DNA of 64,000 bases, taken from positions 15,912,940-15,976,939 of the forward strand of contig OZ316892.1 in assembly GCA_973895155.1 (NCBI GenBank). The letters run 5' to 3'. Shown here piece by piece: positions 37,328 to 51,379 of the stretch. The DNA is from Marsupella aquatica (lineage: Eukaryota; Plantae; Marchantiophyta). The notes beneath the pieces are model-generated. The model saw only the letters and a program-made list of their open reading frames with translations, did not search any database and was not told the DNA's origin. Every line of letters begins with the position of its first letter. Position 1 is the first letter of the stretch. The position numbers were made by a program, and so were the translations under genes.

Positions 37328-39990
37328 CGCATCTTCGACGAGGCACATTCCTCCAACAGTTTTACCTGTAGGTATGTATCATCTCCCGCCCCCTCCGCCC
37401 ACCTCAGATTCTCGCGGTAAAATCGTAAAAATAGTACTCAGTACTCCGTATCAGCCTGGCTCGTCGAGTCCGCCCTTGTTCTCTTCCAGACTACAGTACC
37501 CGTAGTAGACTTCGAGTCGGCACCTTTTGCTTGGGATACTGTAGGTTTTGCCATTTTGGGTTAGGTTTGGGTTACTTCCATTGTAAGTTGTTGGTCAACT
37601 TTGTTCGTTCGCATCCACTGAGTTAGTGAGTCCGCCTAAGAAAGCTCGGCTTGTTTGTTCCCTCTAGTTCCTTCTGCTTCGCCTCTTTGGATACTTTCAC
37701 TGTCTTGATGCATCGCGTCGGAATCAGTCCAGTTCATTATTCATTCGGATCATTCCACAAAATTGTGGGCCTGTGCAGTGCGGTTGTCCACCACGGTCCA
37801 GAATCTGTTCAGTGCTCTTCCGCATTATTATTATCTCTTTGCTCCATTCCCTCGCGAAATTCATCCGCCCATCGTTTTTCTTTCCGTTTCGTCTGTCCTC
37901 GTCCTCCTAATAGTTTGCGCTCGACCGTTCCACCGCAAATCTGTGCGTCTTGCTTCTTCAGTCGCCGCAGCCTTGCTGCCCTGCGCGCTCGCCTTCAGCA
38001 GCCAACTCACTTGTGCGGTTGCAGCTTTTGCTGGTGTGACGGCTACTTTTACGTGTACTAACTGTAGTTGGTGCGGGAGGCGTCCTGGAGGTGGTTTCAG
38101 TATTTTGCATTGCATTTCATTGCGTTGGGCAGGGACGGGCGGGGACAATCTCCGGGTGTTGTATGTAGGATTGGAGCTTCTTCTTCCCTTTCATTGCTTC
38201 CAATATACATTCAGGACAGGGCAGGATAGGACACCTCCTGTTGCAGTTCCAGGATACAGATATGGCCCATGAGAATAAGGTACGGCAAGGCAAAGCAAGG
38301 CGTGTTGAACTGTGCCAAACAACCAGTCTGGTCTGGTGGCCGACGACCGAGAGTTGAACTGCTTGCTTACAAAGTGGGCTGAGGCTGTTTGTCTGAATGA
38401 GACTTCAGGCGAATTTCAAGGTGGACAGCGTTCGTTCACATCCCGTCGCGGTGAGTGCGAATTTTTTTCTGGTGTGTCGGTGCGGTCGACATCATAATCG
38501 CGATGGGGACAGCAAAGCCTTCTAAATGTTGGGTAGTCTGGAGCTGATTTACGGTCTTTATTTCGCGGATGATAGGCGTCGTCAGCGGCGCACTCGACTA
38601 TTGCATTAGAATCGATGGTGTGAAACGTCTAGTACATCAGCGGCGGGAGACGATAGGAGCCTACATTAGGGAGTTCCCGTTCACTCTAGAGAATGCCGGT
38701 GGATAGTCCCTTGATCGGTCGGGGCCCATCCGAATCTGCAAGTTTGACGAAAATCGTAGAATTGCTGGAGGAAGCGCGTGGAGGGAACTTGCGGGGAACT
38801 TGCAAATCGTCTTTCGTTGAGGACATCTTCCCGCAGTTTCTCTCAGTGTACTCTGGTAAGCGATCTTCTCCATTTCTTTCGCAGACGTCAAGAAGGAAGA
38901 TAGGAACGAAAGAATGAGAATGCATCTCTTTGAGGTCGTCGGAGTGCACATCGGCTTTCACAAGTCGAGACACATATGTTCAGATACCCCGAGTGTCTCG
39001 AGTAGTCGAGGGAGTTGGTTTGAGAAGAGAACAATATGTGAAAGCTTAGAAGACTTAGATGTATCGGACCATGGATGTCCGATGGTAGATTCGAGCTCGT
39101 GAGATGTTTCACGGAATCTGTACTATTCTACTGTCGTTTCTTGAAAATCAACCGTTCCTTTAAAGCAAATCCGCTTTCCCGAGAAGCACTGGTGTGAGAT
39201 TCTTCGCCAAGGTATTTCAAGTGTATTCCTCCCTAGAGTGTCACGATCCAGGTCTTGAGCGTTCATTTCCTGCCGTACTGTGGGGCAAACAAGAAATCTA
39301 TACAGATTGGTATACAAATCTTTGTCAACAAAAGTCGCATGTGGACCCGTGTTCTGGCACAAATGCCTGCCAGGAGGTCTCTCGGGCCGGGAGGTAGATC
39401 AGCTTGGGCAGATTGCTCGCCGTGATAACCAGCAACATCGTGACGAGCCCTGGTCCGGTGTTTCTGTTATTAAATTGCTAGAATATGTTTTGTCTTTCTA
39501 TTCAGTACAATGGTACTGGACGGAATAGGATAATGAGTCACAACCTGCTTCTTGGACTGTTCCATGAGCGGAATGTCACCGGAAGCCCATTTGTGACTGT
39601 GAGTCGCTCTTTAAAATCGGTGCATCACTTCCCTGTGCAAATCAGACAGATGAAGTCCTTCGTAATGGGTAGTCAATTCCACGGTGATGCGGCATGCGGA
39701 TACTTGCCTCAGACTGTTGCTCGATTTCTACACTCCGTTGGTGTGATGTGAATGCAGCGAAGTTGAATCTCGTTTTGTCAGCTCGTAGAAGGAACCGCTT
39801 GCTGCAGCCCTGGTTCGAGTATTTACAGTACCTCCTGTTTGGGGACTGCTCTACAAGATCTTCGTACTGTCCAAGCATTTGAGGGCAGAGCTGTATGTTT
39901 AGCATCGAGTGACGCCGCTCGCAGACGACGGTTGTTGTAGTAACAGAGGGGAATCGTTTATGGCAGGTTTGAGCAACTTTTTATGAAATT

Positions 39991-42697
39991 ATGGGATCCC
40001 CGGCGGATCTGGCCTTAGGATGCCGAGCAGAGTCGCCTATCGCAACAACGGGGAACCTATTCAAGGTTGTCCCATCGAGCAGGGACAAGGTAGATCGAGA
40101 TCGAGCTCAAATGTTGGACGAGTACCTGAAGGCGCTAGAAGATGAGAGGCGCAAAATTGAAGCGTTTAAGCGGGAGCTACCCCACTGCATGCAGCTTCTT
40201 GACTACGGTTAGTGTTACAGTAACTACAAACTCTGCGTCAAGCATCAGATGATGTCATTTGGATCAGGCGTGCAAACCACGTCTAATGTTATCAATAAGT
40301 CCCTTGTTTCTTCTGCCACTCTATTAATTCTTACAGAGTCTTGCCTGCCACAGACGTTTCTCCTGCATTCAATTGACGTGAACTTTCGTGAGAAGTAAAC
40401 ATTGGAAATTGTTGTTCTTGATGGTGGAATCATATCATATTAACGCTTCTTTCGTGGAACATTGACAGCCATCGACGCCTCAAAAGAGAATTTGGTCCAG
40501 TCTCCTTCTTGTTCCCCAGCACCTCCTCTCGTATCCCTCATCGGAAAAACTACCAAAACTTTGGGCTTATTTGGGAAGGAGGTAGTGCAAGAGTTTCTCA
40601 AGAGCAGGTGGGAGACCACAAGGAAGGACGACATCGAAGCAGAAGAACAGGAAAAACCGAGAAGGTCTAGCGGGAGCGCCGCCGGTGATAAGCCGACGTG
40701 GATGGCCGAAGCCCAATTATGGACCCAACCCTCCTTGAGATCTGATCATTGGAAAGAGGTAATAGCTTATCGTATACATGTTTTGCCCAATATGTTACCT
40801 GAGGAATTTTTCCTTGGTCTAGATGGAAAGATGATATTTAGACGTCCTACCATAACAGACACTTAGCATCATTGGTTTGTTGGTTTATTTAGTCTTCATT
40901 GGTTGTTGTTGAGAGCTAGCCTAATGTTTTCTGATATACTGCAGAAAGAGTCATCAACAGAGGATTCGGTGAGACCGAAAAAGGATTCCGAGAAAAGCAC
41001 GCTGACAAGCCCTGCCCATCTCTTCAGTAATAAGCAAAGGCCCGGCGGTGCCTTTATACCTTTCGTCAAAGAGAAACCAGCGCCAGGTCCCGTCATCAGA
41101 GCAAAGCCTGGGGTTCCCGATTTCATGCTCTCATCTGGGGAGAGTCGACCCACTACCGCTCTCGGTTTTGGTGCGGTTGACTCTGAGGTTGGAAGCGTTG
41201 AAATCAGTCCTAAAACAACGGATATCAATACACCCATATCTTACGGGAAAGAAACAAGGGAAAGAGTAAATGGAGTAGGAAGTACTTATTCTGGAGGTAC
41301 AGGAAGTACCACAACAGGTGCTGGCAACGCTCAAAGAAAAGCACGCCGATGTTGGTCTCCAGAGCTTCATCGCCGCTTTGTCAGTGCTTTGCAACAGCTT
41401 GGGGGTTCCCAAGGTAGTTGTTTGTTGCTTCCTCTAATTCTACATTCTGTCTTCCCAAATCTGATCGTTTCTGTTTTTGTTCGTCTTGAAAGCGATTTGT
41501 TTCCTTGTGTTTGTGCCCGTCATTATTTTGAATTAGTATTAGTATGATAGAGGATAAAATCACACTCAACATATGCTGGGCTGGGATGAACAGTTGCCAC
41601 TCCGAAGCAGATACGAGAGCTCATGAAGGTAGATGGGCTCACCAATGATGAAGTCAAGAGTCATCTTCAGGTAATCAGAATCATCTTTTCACACAAAATA
41701 TTTTTAATCAGCTTTCAGACCTCTTAGCTTAAACGAAGTGGACCTCTTCACCCTTGTCGGGGCAGTCTCTGCCCATAGCTAGAAGGCTCCACACTTCGGC
41801 TTGTTCTCGTCGAGCAAGCCTACGAGCTTTCCTTGTTTTGTCATCTTGTGCTTTTCAAGCCTTTCCTTGGAAGTTGTGTGCCTTTCCGGGCTTCACAATA
41901 TGAGGACTCCCATATGTTTAGGATGATATGTAATTGTTGACCTGAGAGAGAAGGGTCGCTTTCGCAGTGCAGAATTTGGGCTGGGGGTGTGCAGCGAAAG
42001 AAGTTGCCATAGCTGCTTTCTCCTCGTTTCATTCTACCGCTAAATTTTCAGCATAGTTTGGGGGCCTTCTCTTTCACACATTCAGCATGTTTAACTGCAT
42101 GCCAGTCGTGTCAGGGTGACGATTTGACAACGGAGACTGTTTGTGCAGAAATATCGACTACATACACGGAGGCCCAGTCCTACACCGCAAGGTCCTCAAC
42201 AAAATCCGCCACAGTTGGTTGTGTTAGGTGGTATTTGGGTCCCTCCCGAGTACCAGAACGCAGGAATGTATCATGATCCTTCCAGTTCTGTCCAACAAGA
42301 ACCCGTCTTCTGCCAACCCACGATATCTCAAGAGTTCTACTCCCAGTTGCACCCTTCTGTCCAAATGGAGCTGCATCGGTCTCCATCCCAGAACTCTCCG
42401 CAAGGCCCTTTACAGTCAACTAGTAATCTGTCCAGTGGTGCACACCAAACAAGTGGTGAAGGTTACAGAGAAGATAGTGCGGGAGAGGATGGAAAATCAG
42501 AGAGTTCTAGTTGGAAGGGAGAAGAAAACTTGCGAGAGAGTGCAGACAAAGACACTTCAGGGAAGAGAAATGGCAGTAGTAGCAGCAGCCAGGACGAAGA
42601 TGAGGCTGATGATGGGAGGGATGGTCAGGTCAGGCTTCAGCTTGAAATGTCATGTTCTAGTGTACATAATGTAAAGACTGAGCCGTCATTCGCGTGA
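39991..42697 (+). CDS. HHO: NIGT1/HRS1/HHO-family GARP (G2-like) Myb transcription factor; exons 39991-40207, 40469-40758, 40945-41413, 41594-41670, 42149-42697
   Basis: N-terminal coiled coil [22 protein letters not shown]; [57 protein letters not shown]; [12 protein letters not shown]; in-phase GT-AG introns; no stops. Confidence 0.96.
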
Positions 42698-44606
42698 AGG
42701 GAGTTACACGGTAGATAACAGAGAGTGGTTGACGTTTTAAATTTTGCTCGGGAAAGTCTACAGGACTGCTCAAGTTGAGTCAAGGTTTGTATCGTTTACA
42801 TAGATTATCGTTCCCTTGGTCTAGAACAGATTAACCATGTCGAGAACCTCAAGTTACATTCAATATCCTTCTAGAAATACTGCTCATTGACAAGATAATT
42901 CTATCTCGTTGGCGTCATGAGGCTGGGTGACTGGGATTTGAGACTTCCGAATGTGATTTCTGGGTGTACTCTTCTTTGTCCTACGGGGAATATGTACACG
43001 GAGGGTTGCTGATCTTCTGCAGCATGACAGTTCTGCAATGACCATCATTTATAGACAATCAATGATGTACAATTTTATTTCCACGCCTCCCTGCCCTTCG
43101 GATGTTTGGCTTGGTGTACAGGCTTTTGGTAAGGAAAAGAAGAGTTGATCAGGGAGAAAAGAATTCGTTGCAGCTAGTATAGGGTTTAGTTTGGAACTCT
43201 ACCCTCAAAATTCACGGCTGTTGTCGTCCCAAGCGGAGTTTTATTATTCTGGAATCGTTATTTTCCAAAATTAGATTGGCATATCATATGGTTGCTCCCA
43301 AAAGAAGGCCAAAGGGATTGCACAAATTACTTGTGCAGTATGAAAGACTATAATACACTTTGCGCATTTTTTTTGCCGTGGTCCTCATTTAAAATAACAG
43401 GGCAGTTATTTTTTTGCCGGGGTCCTCATTTGAAACAATAGGGCAGTCTTGGGTGAGAAAATTTCAAACTGGGAAAAACAGAACCATTAAGACCAAAAAA
43501 ATGGAATTGAAATGATGACAAGAGGGATGCACTGTGGTGCGGTGTCCGTTTCCCAAGGCTTGAAGGTTGTTGGATCCTCACTTCGGTCGACATTGTTTGG
43601 GGCATATGGATGTGGCTTGTTGCACATGAGGGACACTTTGTTGGCTTGAAGAATGTAAAAAAGACACCAAAATAATCTCATTTTTAGTGTGTATTGTGCA
43701 GATGGCAAGGTTATATTGTCTCCTTTTGGTGCCCCACTGCAGCCTCTATGCAACAAGCTTACAAGGCAAGACAATATTTGAAAGAATTTTTGCAACAACA
43801 TAAGTGGCAATGTAAGGCAATGCTAGTCCCAATCTTTCTTATTCTTGGTGAGGCATATTTTCCGCAGGTTTGTACCATCCGCTCAGCTAGACCATCCGCT
43901 TGCCCTTGAAGTTCTACAATGATCAATGAGGGCATGGTCAAGTAAGTCGTGAAATTCTCCTATGAATTCAGAACCCTGGTCAGTGAGGCACTCTGCACAA
44001 ACCCAAAACCTGCTACGCACTTGTTGGAGAAAGGCTTGGCTAGTGCACTATGAACTCTTATTAGGCAAGGCAACCAATTCAATCCACTTAGACAAGTGCT
44101 CAATTGTGATCATTATATAGAGGTTACCTCTGGATGTCAAAGGAATTCTGCAGCTAAATCACAAGGCCATCGATAAAAAAATCCTTGAACATGGGAGTGG
44201 ATGACGTATGGGTGGTCAAGAAGAGAATGAGGTTCTCACTATCACGCTATTCACACCTAGCTATGATATCCCAAATCTGAACATGCATCCTCTTCCAATG
44301 TTAATGAGGAGCCATCAAACTATAAGTAGGCTTGATTCCAAAATGCCCAAGTTTGGAATGTACTTTTCTGACCAATTCAGCCCTATCAGCAATCGGTGGG
44401 GCCACTCTCTCCCCTTGTGGCAAACAATGGACTAGGTGATCTCCGTTCCACATGTAGCACTTAGTTATTGTATCCGGTCCCTTTGAGCAGTGGTCATGCC
44501 TGGAGGGTACTGCCTGTGCTGCAAGAAATTCAGAGTGTCCAGGTCTTCCCAAATGTCCACAATTGGTTGGTCAACAAGGCTACGACAAAGCAAGGCAAGA
44601 TAAACA

Positions 44607-45969
44607 AAGTCAAAGTCAAATTCTAAGCTCCACGACGACCCAATGAGTCAAGGGAGCTGTGGCAAAAAAGCGCCAAATACAAAGCAAAGAAATGAGTCAA
44701 ATGCTCATGTGAGGATCTCTACATCCTCACTAATAACAAACTAAGGACCCTAAGAGTCACTAATGTGTAATGCTATCACATCGTTTCCTATTCACTGCCA
44801 TGATATACAATCCAAGTTGCTTTGGTGGCAACCTATATAGATCATGCAGATCAGAAACAAGGATTTGATGTGCTACTCAAACCTCCTCATACCGTCTACA
44901 TGCTATGAATACATGATATTCATTCTCAATGCTACCACTATCACAAAGTCTATACACCCTATCCTGCCTCCTAATTCCCTTCCATCTACCCTCCTCTACC
45001 TCCAAGTGATGTGAGCTGAGTCTATATCTAGCAATCACTTGTCTCAACCTCATAGACATGGGAGCTCTAAGATACTCTTGCCTTTCATACAACATCATGG
45101 GGTTTACATCCCTCATAAAATACTGTAATCTAGGGCTAGGATCACTCCAAAGTTTTCTAATAGCTTTATCACGCAAGAGTGACCAAAGCTTCTTTGGTTG
45201 AGTATGCCATTCATGCTCAGACAAGTCCCATGATTGGGCCCAGCTACATACATCAGCATACCAACCAAAAGCTCTAGATATGTGAAAGGCTTGGGTAGGT
45301 AGCCTAGAATCATTCAACGCCTCCATTCTCCTAGCATATTGAAGAGTGTGATAGAGAGCTTCGACCTCCAATGGTAAAAGACCTGCCTCAACCAATAACA
45401 AGGGGTATGGGGTTTGGTTTTTCACTCCAAGCTCCATCTCCAAGAAAAGCTTTTGGATGACCTCTACCTTTTTCCAACAAGATTGAGAAGTAGAAGGGCC
45501 CCATACTTGCACCCCATAAAGAATAACAGGCCTTACCAAGGAATTGAAGAGTTGTTTCTTCAACTTCCAAGTGGAAAGGCTTGCTCCCTTGCACTTCTAA
45601 ACCATGCTATAGAAGGCCTTGTAACCATGAGCCACCCTATGCGTCACACATGTAGCCCAACTCATGTTTCGGAAAAACTCCACCATCTCCACCTTTTCAC
45701 CTGCAAAATAGAGAGAAAGCTCTTGCTTTGTACCAAGTACAAGGCACTTGGTCTTCTTCATGTTGACCTGCATGTCTGATTGTTTGCAAAAATGCTCTAG
45801 GGCTAGAAGATGTTGTTGCAAATCAGATTGGGAGTGAGCTAGAAGCACCACATTCATCTGCAAATATAAGAAGTTGGATGGCCACTGTTCCCAACTGAGA
45901 ACCAACGCCTCCCATCTCCTTTAGCAAATCATGTAGCTGGTCAATGAAGATCCCAAAGAGCGTTGGAGA
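44607..45969 (-). mobile_element. 5'-truncated RTE/RTEX-like LINE inserted in the gypsy pol
   Basis: SPTLFGIFID, LIFAD, RLSSHHLEVEEGRW, C-terminal zinc-finger-like region; (TTTGAC)n tail at 44607-44620. Confidence 0.9.
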
Positions 45970-47699
45970 GGCCCCAAGTGTAGAGCTAGCACTAGCATGA
46001 TCAAAATCTTGCCGTGCATCTGAAAAATCTGTAGAAGTGATCAAAGAACTGCGAGACATGGTGTCAGCATTCTGGTGCATCATTCCAGGTCTATGAATAA
46101 CTTCAAACTCATATTCTTGTAGAATTAGGGGCCAATGAGCTAATTTGCTGGTAAACGTATCATTGGTCATCAACCACCTGAGTGGTTGGTGATTGGTAAA
46201 GAGCATGAACTTAGTGCCATACAAGTAGGGCCTGAAATGTATGACAGCCCACACAACAGCCAAGCATTTGCCTTCATAAGAGTAGTTAGCCTCGTTATTA
46301 CTCCTACACGCATAAGCAATGACTACTCCAGCCTATCCCCATCAGATTGACCCCAGAATGGCACGACCTAGAGCACTCAAATCCATGTGCAAAATGAATG
46401 TTTTGCTGAAACCAGGCCTTCTGAGAACAGGGTGACTTGATAACTTTTCCTTCAAAGTCTCAAATGCCACCTGGGTGTCTTCAGTCCATTTCCAGGTAAT
46501 CGCCTTTTTAAGCAAAACGTACAATGGGTGAGCAATGATGCTAAAGTACTGGATGTAAATTTTGTAGTAATTACATAGACCAATGAAGCTTCTCAAAGTG
46601 TGAGTATCAGTAGGCTTGGGCATCTCAAGAATAGACACCACTTTAGCCCAATGAGCCATAGTGCCATCTGGAATGATTCGACGCCCAAGGTAAACCACTG
46701 AGGTAACAGCAAACTCACACTTGGGATGGATCTTCATATTAACATTTCTCAGCTTCCCGAATAGCTCCTCAAGATGTAATAAGTGTTGCTCAAAACCCTT
46801 GCTATGAATTAACGCATCACCACTGTAGCATTCAAGAAATCAACACTTTCTAGTACTTGATCCATCACCCAGTGTAAGAAGACTGGTGCATTCTTCAGTC
46901 CACATGGCATCACCAGCCATTCCCACATTCGATTGCTCCCATGAAAAGTTTTCATTTTACGGTCCTCAGCCCGAATAATGATCTGGTTGAAGTCTTGTCA
47001 CAAGTCTACAAGGGTAAAGATGTCAGAATCTTCAATGGAGTCAAAGATCTCTTCAATGATAGGCATGGGGTACCTGTCTTGAGGTGTGACCAGATTGAGT
47101 GGCCTATAGTCCCCGCACATCCTCTTCTCTATCCATAGCCCACTAGAATCTTTGTTGGCATCACTATAGCTACTGCAAAGTCAAATTGGAGGGCTGGATC
47201 AGACCTGCTTCATAAAGCTCTTTGCATTTCTCATCCACTAGCTGTCACTCATGCTTGCTCAACCAGTGTCTCCACCTATAAATAGGTCGCTCATTGGTCA
47301 GCTCAATGGAGAATTGCATCACCTTACAAATGCCCAAGTCTCTCATTGAGAAAGCAAACACATCCTCCTAGCTCAACAGCAAATTCAGTACCTGATCCCG
47401 TTGCTTCTTACTCAACTGATTACGCATCACAAATTGGAAACTTGCAATGCATGGCGTAGAGCTAGTGGGTGTACTAGAAGAACCTGATGTGCTTGCCTCT
47501 TTGCCAGGTGTGATCTGGTCCATGCCATGCTCTGATTTTGAAATTTCAGTCACATTACAGGCCAGGGTACCTCTCCCCCCCCCCGAACACTAGGAGTGAG
47601 ACGTAGAGTGGAGAGGATGGGATTTGTACTTCATCAGGGTGCCAGGTAAGAACTTCATTAAGGCTAGAGGCCGGGTCACCCATAGTAGGAACAAGATGC

Positions 47700-48650
47700 A
47701 TCTGGAAAATAATACAGTTAACCAAAAGCCATGTTAGCTTTAAGATCCATGAGACTAAGAAGAGAATTTCTCTGGGCCTAGTCACTTTAATATGACCAGT
47801 AGTGCCAGTTTGGAAACCCATAGCTCACTCTTGCTCCTCTAGGGCTTGGCTCATCCCATGTATCCAAGGTGTGACGGTTGACCAACCCTGGTCCATCCCC
47901 TTGGAAGACATGGGCTTCAGGAAATGAAACAAAGGTAGGCCAATGGTGTTAGCAGGGTACCAAGGTGCTCTCTCTTGCCAAGTGACTGGCTGACAAGAGC
48001 TATTAGCATCCAAAATTTGGTCCACCTGTAATGTAGGGTCCATGACTATATGTTTTAGAGCCAACTGTAGTAAGTTAACCAATGCAATATTTGTCCAGAA
48101 ATTATGCAACCAGTGCGCATAAGATCCATATTGGGCTGCATCAGTCAAGAACGGTGGACCAAGATAGTGTTGGACTTGAAGGAAATCCTCGTGGATGTTC
48201 TTCCGCTGGCCAATTGAGAGGGTGTGTTCTCAATGACATAACCAACACCAGGGTAACAAACCTAGGCCCAGTTGAGTATATGTACCGTCCAGGTCCATGA
48301 AGAGTGCTGATCGGGGATCACTCAAACCAGCTCCAGAACCTGCAATAGAGAAAGCCTTGGCATTCCCATCCAACAATGATGAGGTCCAAGGAACCAAGTA
48401 GCTCTATGTGTTGCTGTTGTATCAACTGAACATCAGGAGGAAATAGAGTGAAGCTTTCCATGACTAGGTGGAAACTGCTGTGGGAACCTAGCTGAAAATT
48501 CTAGCATCCGTGATTGAGCCACCTTCCTTGCATATGGGTCAGTGTCCACATAGATGTACCTCTTCACCATCATGCCAGACTGCAAGACCCTCTCTAGGCC
48601 TGTAGAAATGTCACCAGAAAGCTCCATCAATGAATGTAACACCATCTCGA
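47700..48650 (-). pseudogene. C5 cytosine DNA methyltransferase domain inside the gypsy polyprotein region
   Basis: Motif I-like MELSGDISTGLE, YIYVDTDPYAR, motif IV DLIIVGWECQGF/SIAG...LSDPRSALF, motif VI GYVIENTP, motif VIII-like DAAQYGSYAHWLHNFWTN, motif IX-like AMGFQTG; frameshifted. Confidence 0.85.
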
Positions 48651-50330
48651 GGAGGTGTTCAAGTGATTAGTGTGCTAAAGACTGGGATGATGGGCTAACC
48701 ATGGCTTTGTAGGCCCTCACATTGCTGCAGAGCAATAGTCAATGGGTCCATGGGCAACTCTTAGCCATGTACAACCTCAGGTTGAGGAGCTAACTGAGTA
48801 GGTGCAGCCCATAAGCTCTCATTTGCTTGCATGATAGCCAACTCCTCTTCATCTTCTTCAATCCAATCGTGCAATGAATGATTGACATAGGAAACGGTAT
48901 GCACCTCTTTCAACACACAGTAGTGAGCACTAGGGGTATGTTCCCCATGTAAATCCAGTGGAATGTAGCCCAAGCACATGTCATCAGTTTGGCAATCAAC
49001 CTGATGGTATGCATGCTCAAACCAGTTATCAATGGTAAATCCTGGCGGGAACTAAGCTCTAGGTCTTGGCAAGTAAACAATGGAGTAGTGAGAAATTGGT
49101 GTGCCATGCCTGAAATATGAAATGGAGATTTTACCATATGATTAGTTTTTGGTGATGCACCTGGTCGATGTACATTTCCCACTACTGAATTCAGAGTTGA
49201 GGCACCTTTTGGCAAAGAAGCTATATCACTCCTACCTCCCCTTGCCAACAAGGTAGCCTCTGAGGTTGGAGTAAGTGGTCAAAATAACTGTGGTATGGTA
49301 GCTCTGGCACCCCTAGACTGTGTGATAGGACTAGATCCGGAGGCAAGGCCTCAGTTGCGACTACCCTCCGGTTTGTAGTTGTGGCCACACTAGCTTGCTG
49401 GTATGCAAAGTATGAGGGGCAAAATGAATCTGAGAATTCACCAGTAAGACCAGATGTGGGAGTGGGACCAGCAACGTACTCTCCAGCCATGGCATCTTAA
49501 GGGAGGTTGTAGAAGGACTGTGGAAACGTTGTAATATTGCTACTTGCAGGAGCACAAACCACAGGTTGAGCATGACCTCCTGGTTGTACTGATTTTCCTC
49601 GGAGGGATGCCAATTGAGCGCGAACTGCCTCCAGTAGCTTGAGCTTGAAGAACCTCCTTCTGAGCTTTCTCTCTTCTTGGCATTCTTGTTGAAACCAGCA
49701 GGTTTGTTGCACGATGAAGGAACAAAGGCAACACTCCTCTTGGACTGTGCAACGGGAGAAGGGGCAACGGTGGGAGTGGGCTGGTGCCTCAAGTTCTTTC
49801 ACTTTGGAAACTTCCAAATGTCAGACTTCCCACTAAACAATAGAGCTCATCCATAGGGATATCACATTCATTAGCCTTATGATCCCAATTCCCATGGTAA
49901 TTACAAAAAGGGACAAGCATAGGTGCAGAATGGGCATGCTTAACTCGTTGGGGTTGTACTATTGACCTACCAGATGTTGGGGTAGGAACCAAAGGCCTGG
50001 TTCATGGTCCACGATGTGACTGGCCTGATAATGAGCATGGGCAAGCTCAATCTTCTCTGCAATTTTGTACACTTGAAGAAGAGTGTAAGAATCCCATGTT
50101 GTGCAAAGACCTGATGTAGCACCTGCAAATGGAGTGAAGGGTTACTCTCAAGCACATCAAGATAACGGTTTGCAACCTCTTGGTCTGTGATATTGTTGGT
50201 ATCCTCCTTCAACTTGAACAATCGTTGGTACATCATCTTCAATGTTTCATCCTTTTGTTGCATGAATAGCAAGTTGCATTATCTGCTCTGAGCTCTTCAC
50301 TGGAAACTTGAAAGAACTCATGCACCGGAT

Positions 50331-50670
50331 GAGGTGTTTACAAAAGACAGCAAACAGAAAACATGATTTAATAACAGAAACTGGTAACAGGAAAAAAAAT
50401 TGATAACAGGAAAATGGGTGGAAATTTCTTTTTGAAATTATTTTTTTGAGAAAAAAAAAGTTGTTTTTTTTTGTCGACCAGTTTTTTTTGCTAGCGCCCA
50501 AAGCTAGCCAAAAATGTTGCATTGTTAATTTTTTTGGAAATAACATGTTTTAGGAGATATTTTTAAATTGTCATTTTTCCCGGTAACAGTGATTTTTTCC
50601 TGGTAATAGCATATTAAAAACAGGAAAAAAAATTCCTGTTTACCTGTTTCCTGTCTCCGTCGCTATACCC
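50331..50670. mobile_element. Non-autonomous mini-derivative of the MULE-like family (340 bp)
   Basis: 8-bp direct repeat CACCGGAT on both flanks (50323-50330, 50671-50678); its ends match the two different ends of copy 2 (56279 and 50731); one palindrome-like motif at 50492. Confidence 0.8.
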
Positions 50671-51379
50671 CACCGGATCAAGATACACTGGTGTATCAAT
50701 TGTGCGAGAGATACCTATGGTAGCTAGAGCGGGTATAGCCACTGAGACAGGAAACAGGAAAACAGGAATTCTAGTACCAGAAAAACAGATGTTGTTATCA
50801 AGAATATGTTTCCGATACCAGGAAAAACTGGTCTTTGCAGCAGGATTATTACTTCATTACTTCTAACCAAAATTAGCAATATTCACTGTGCTTCATTTAT
50901 ATTCTAGAGCTTAGAACCAACTAACATGCCAACAATTGTTGTCTGATGATATCAATGTGAGTATGGAATCATCAACAACTTGTTGAATATATGTCCCAAA
51001 AATTCCAAACACACAAACATTTACCCTTGAATGCCAAAGGAAAAAACATCAATATGGTAGGTCCCACCCTAATTCACTTCATATTATATGCACACAAGAA
51101 GACCAAAAACCAGGAATGAAAACCAAGGACAATATCAAAGACCACAAACGGAGGACTAGCGCCTGGCGCTAGCTAAAATAAAAACAAGCAACACACCCCA
51201 AAAATGACAATTCATGAATGGACAATGTTGGAAACCAAACTTTAAAAAAATCATTTCAAGTGGATATACCATGAAGTAAATCACAATAAGGAAGACTTTC
51301 ATCCCAGCGCCAAGCGCTAACATAGAACTATACCATTGTAATACGACAAAAAAACAATATAATCGTTTTGAGTATAGGA

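Noticed and set aside
37651-39905. Several 60-170-aa ORFs upstream of HHO
   Set aside because: Overlapping on both strands, no recognisable motifs; probably UTR or intron sequence
43369-43448. ~40-bp tandem duplication downstream of HHO
   Set aside because: Only two copies and no supporting context
45823-46263. Apparent RNase H-LINE RT fusion protein
   Set aside because: Junction artefact: a 5'-truncated LINE joined to the gypsy pol in frame through a short microhomology at ~45966-45972
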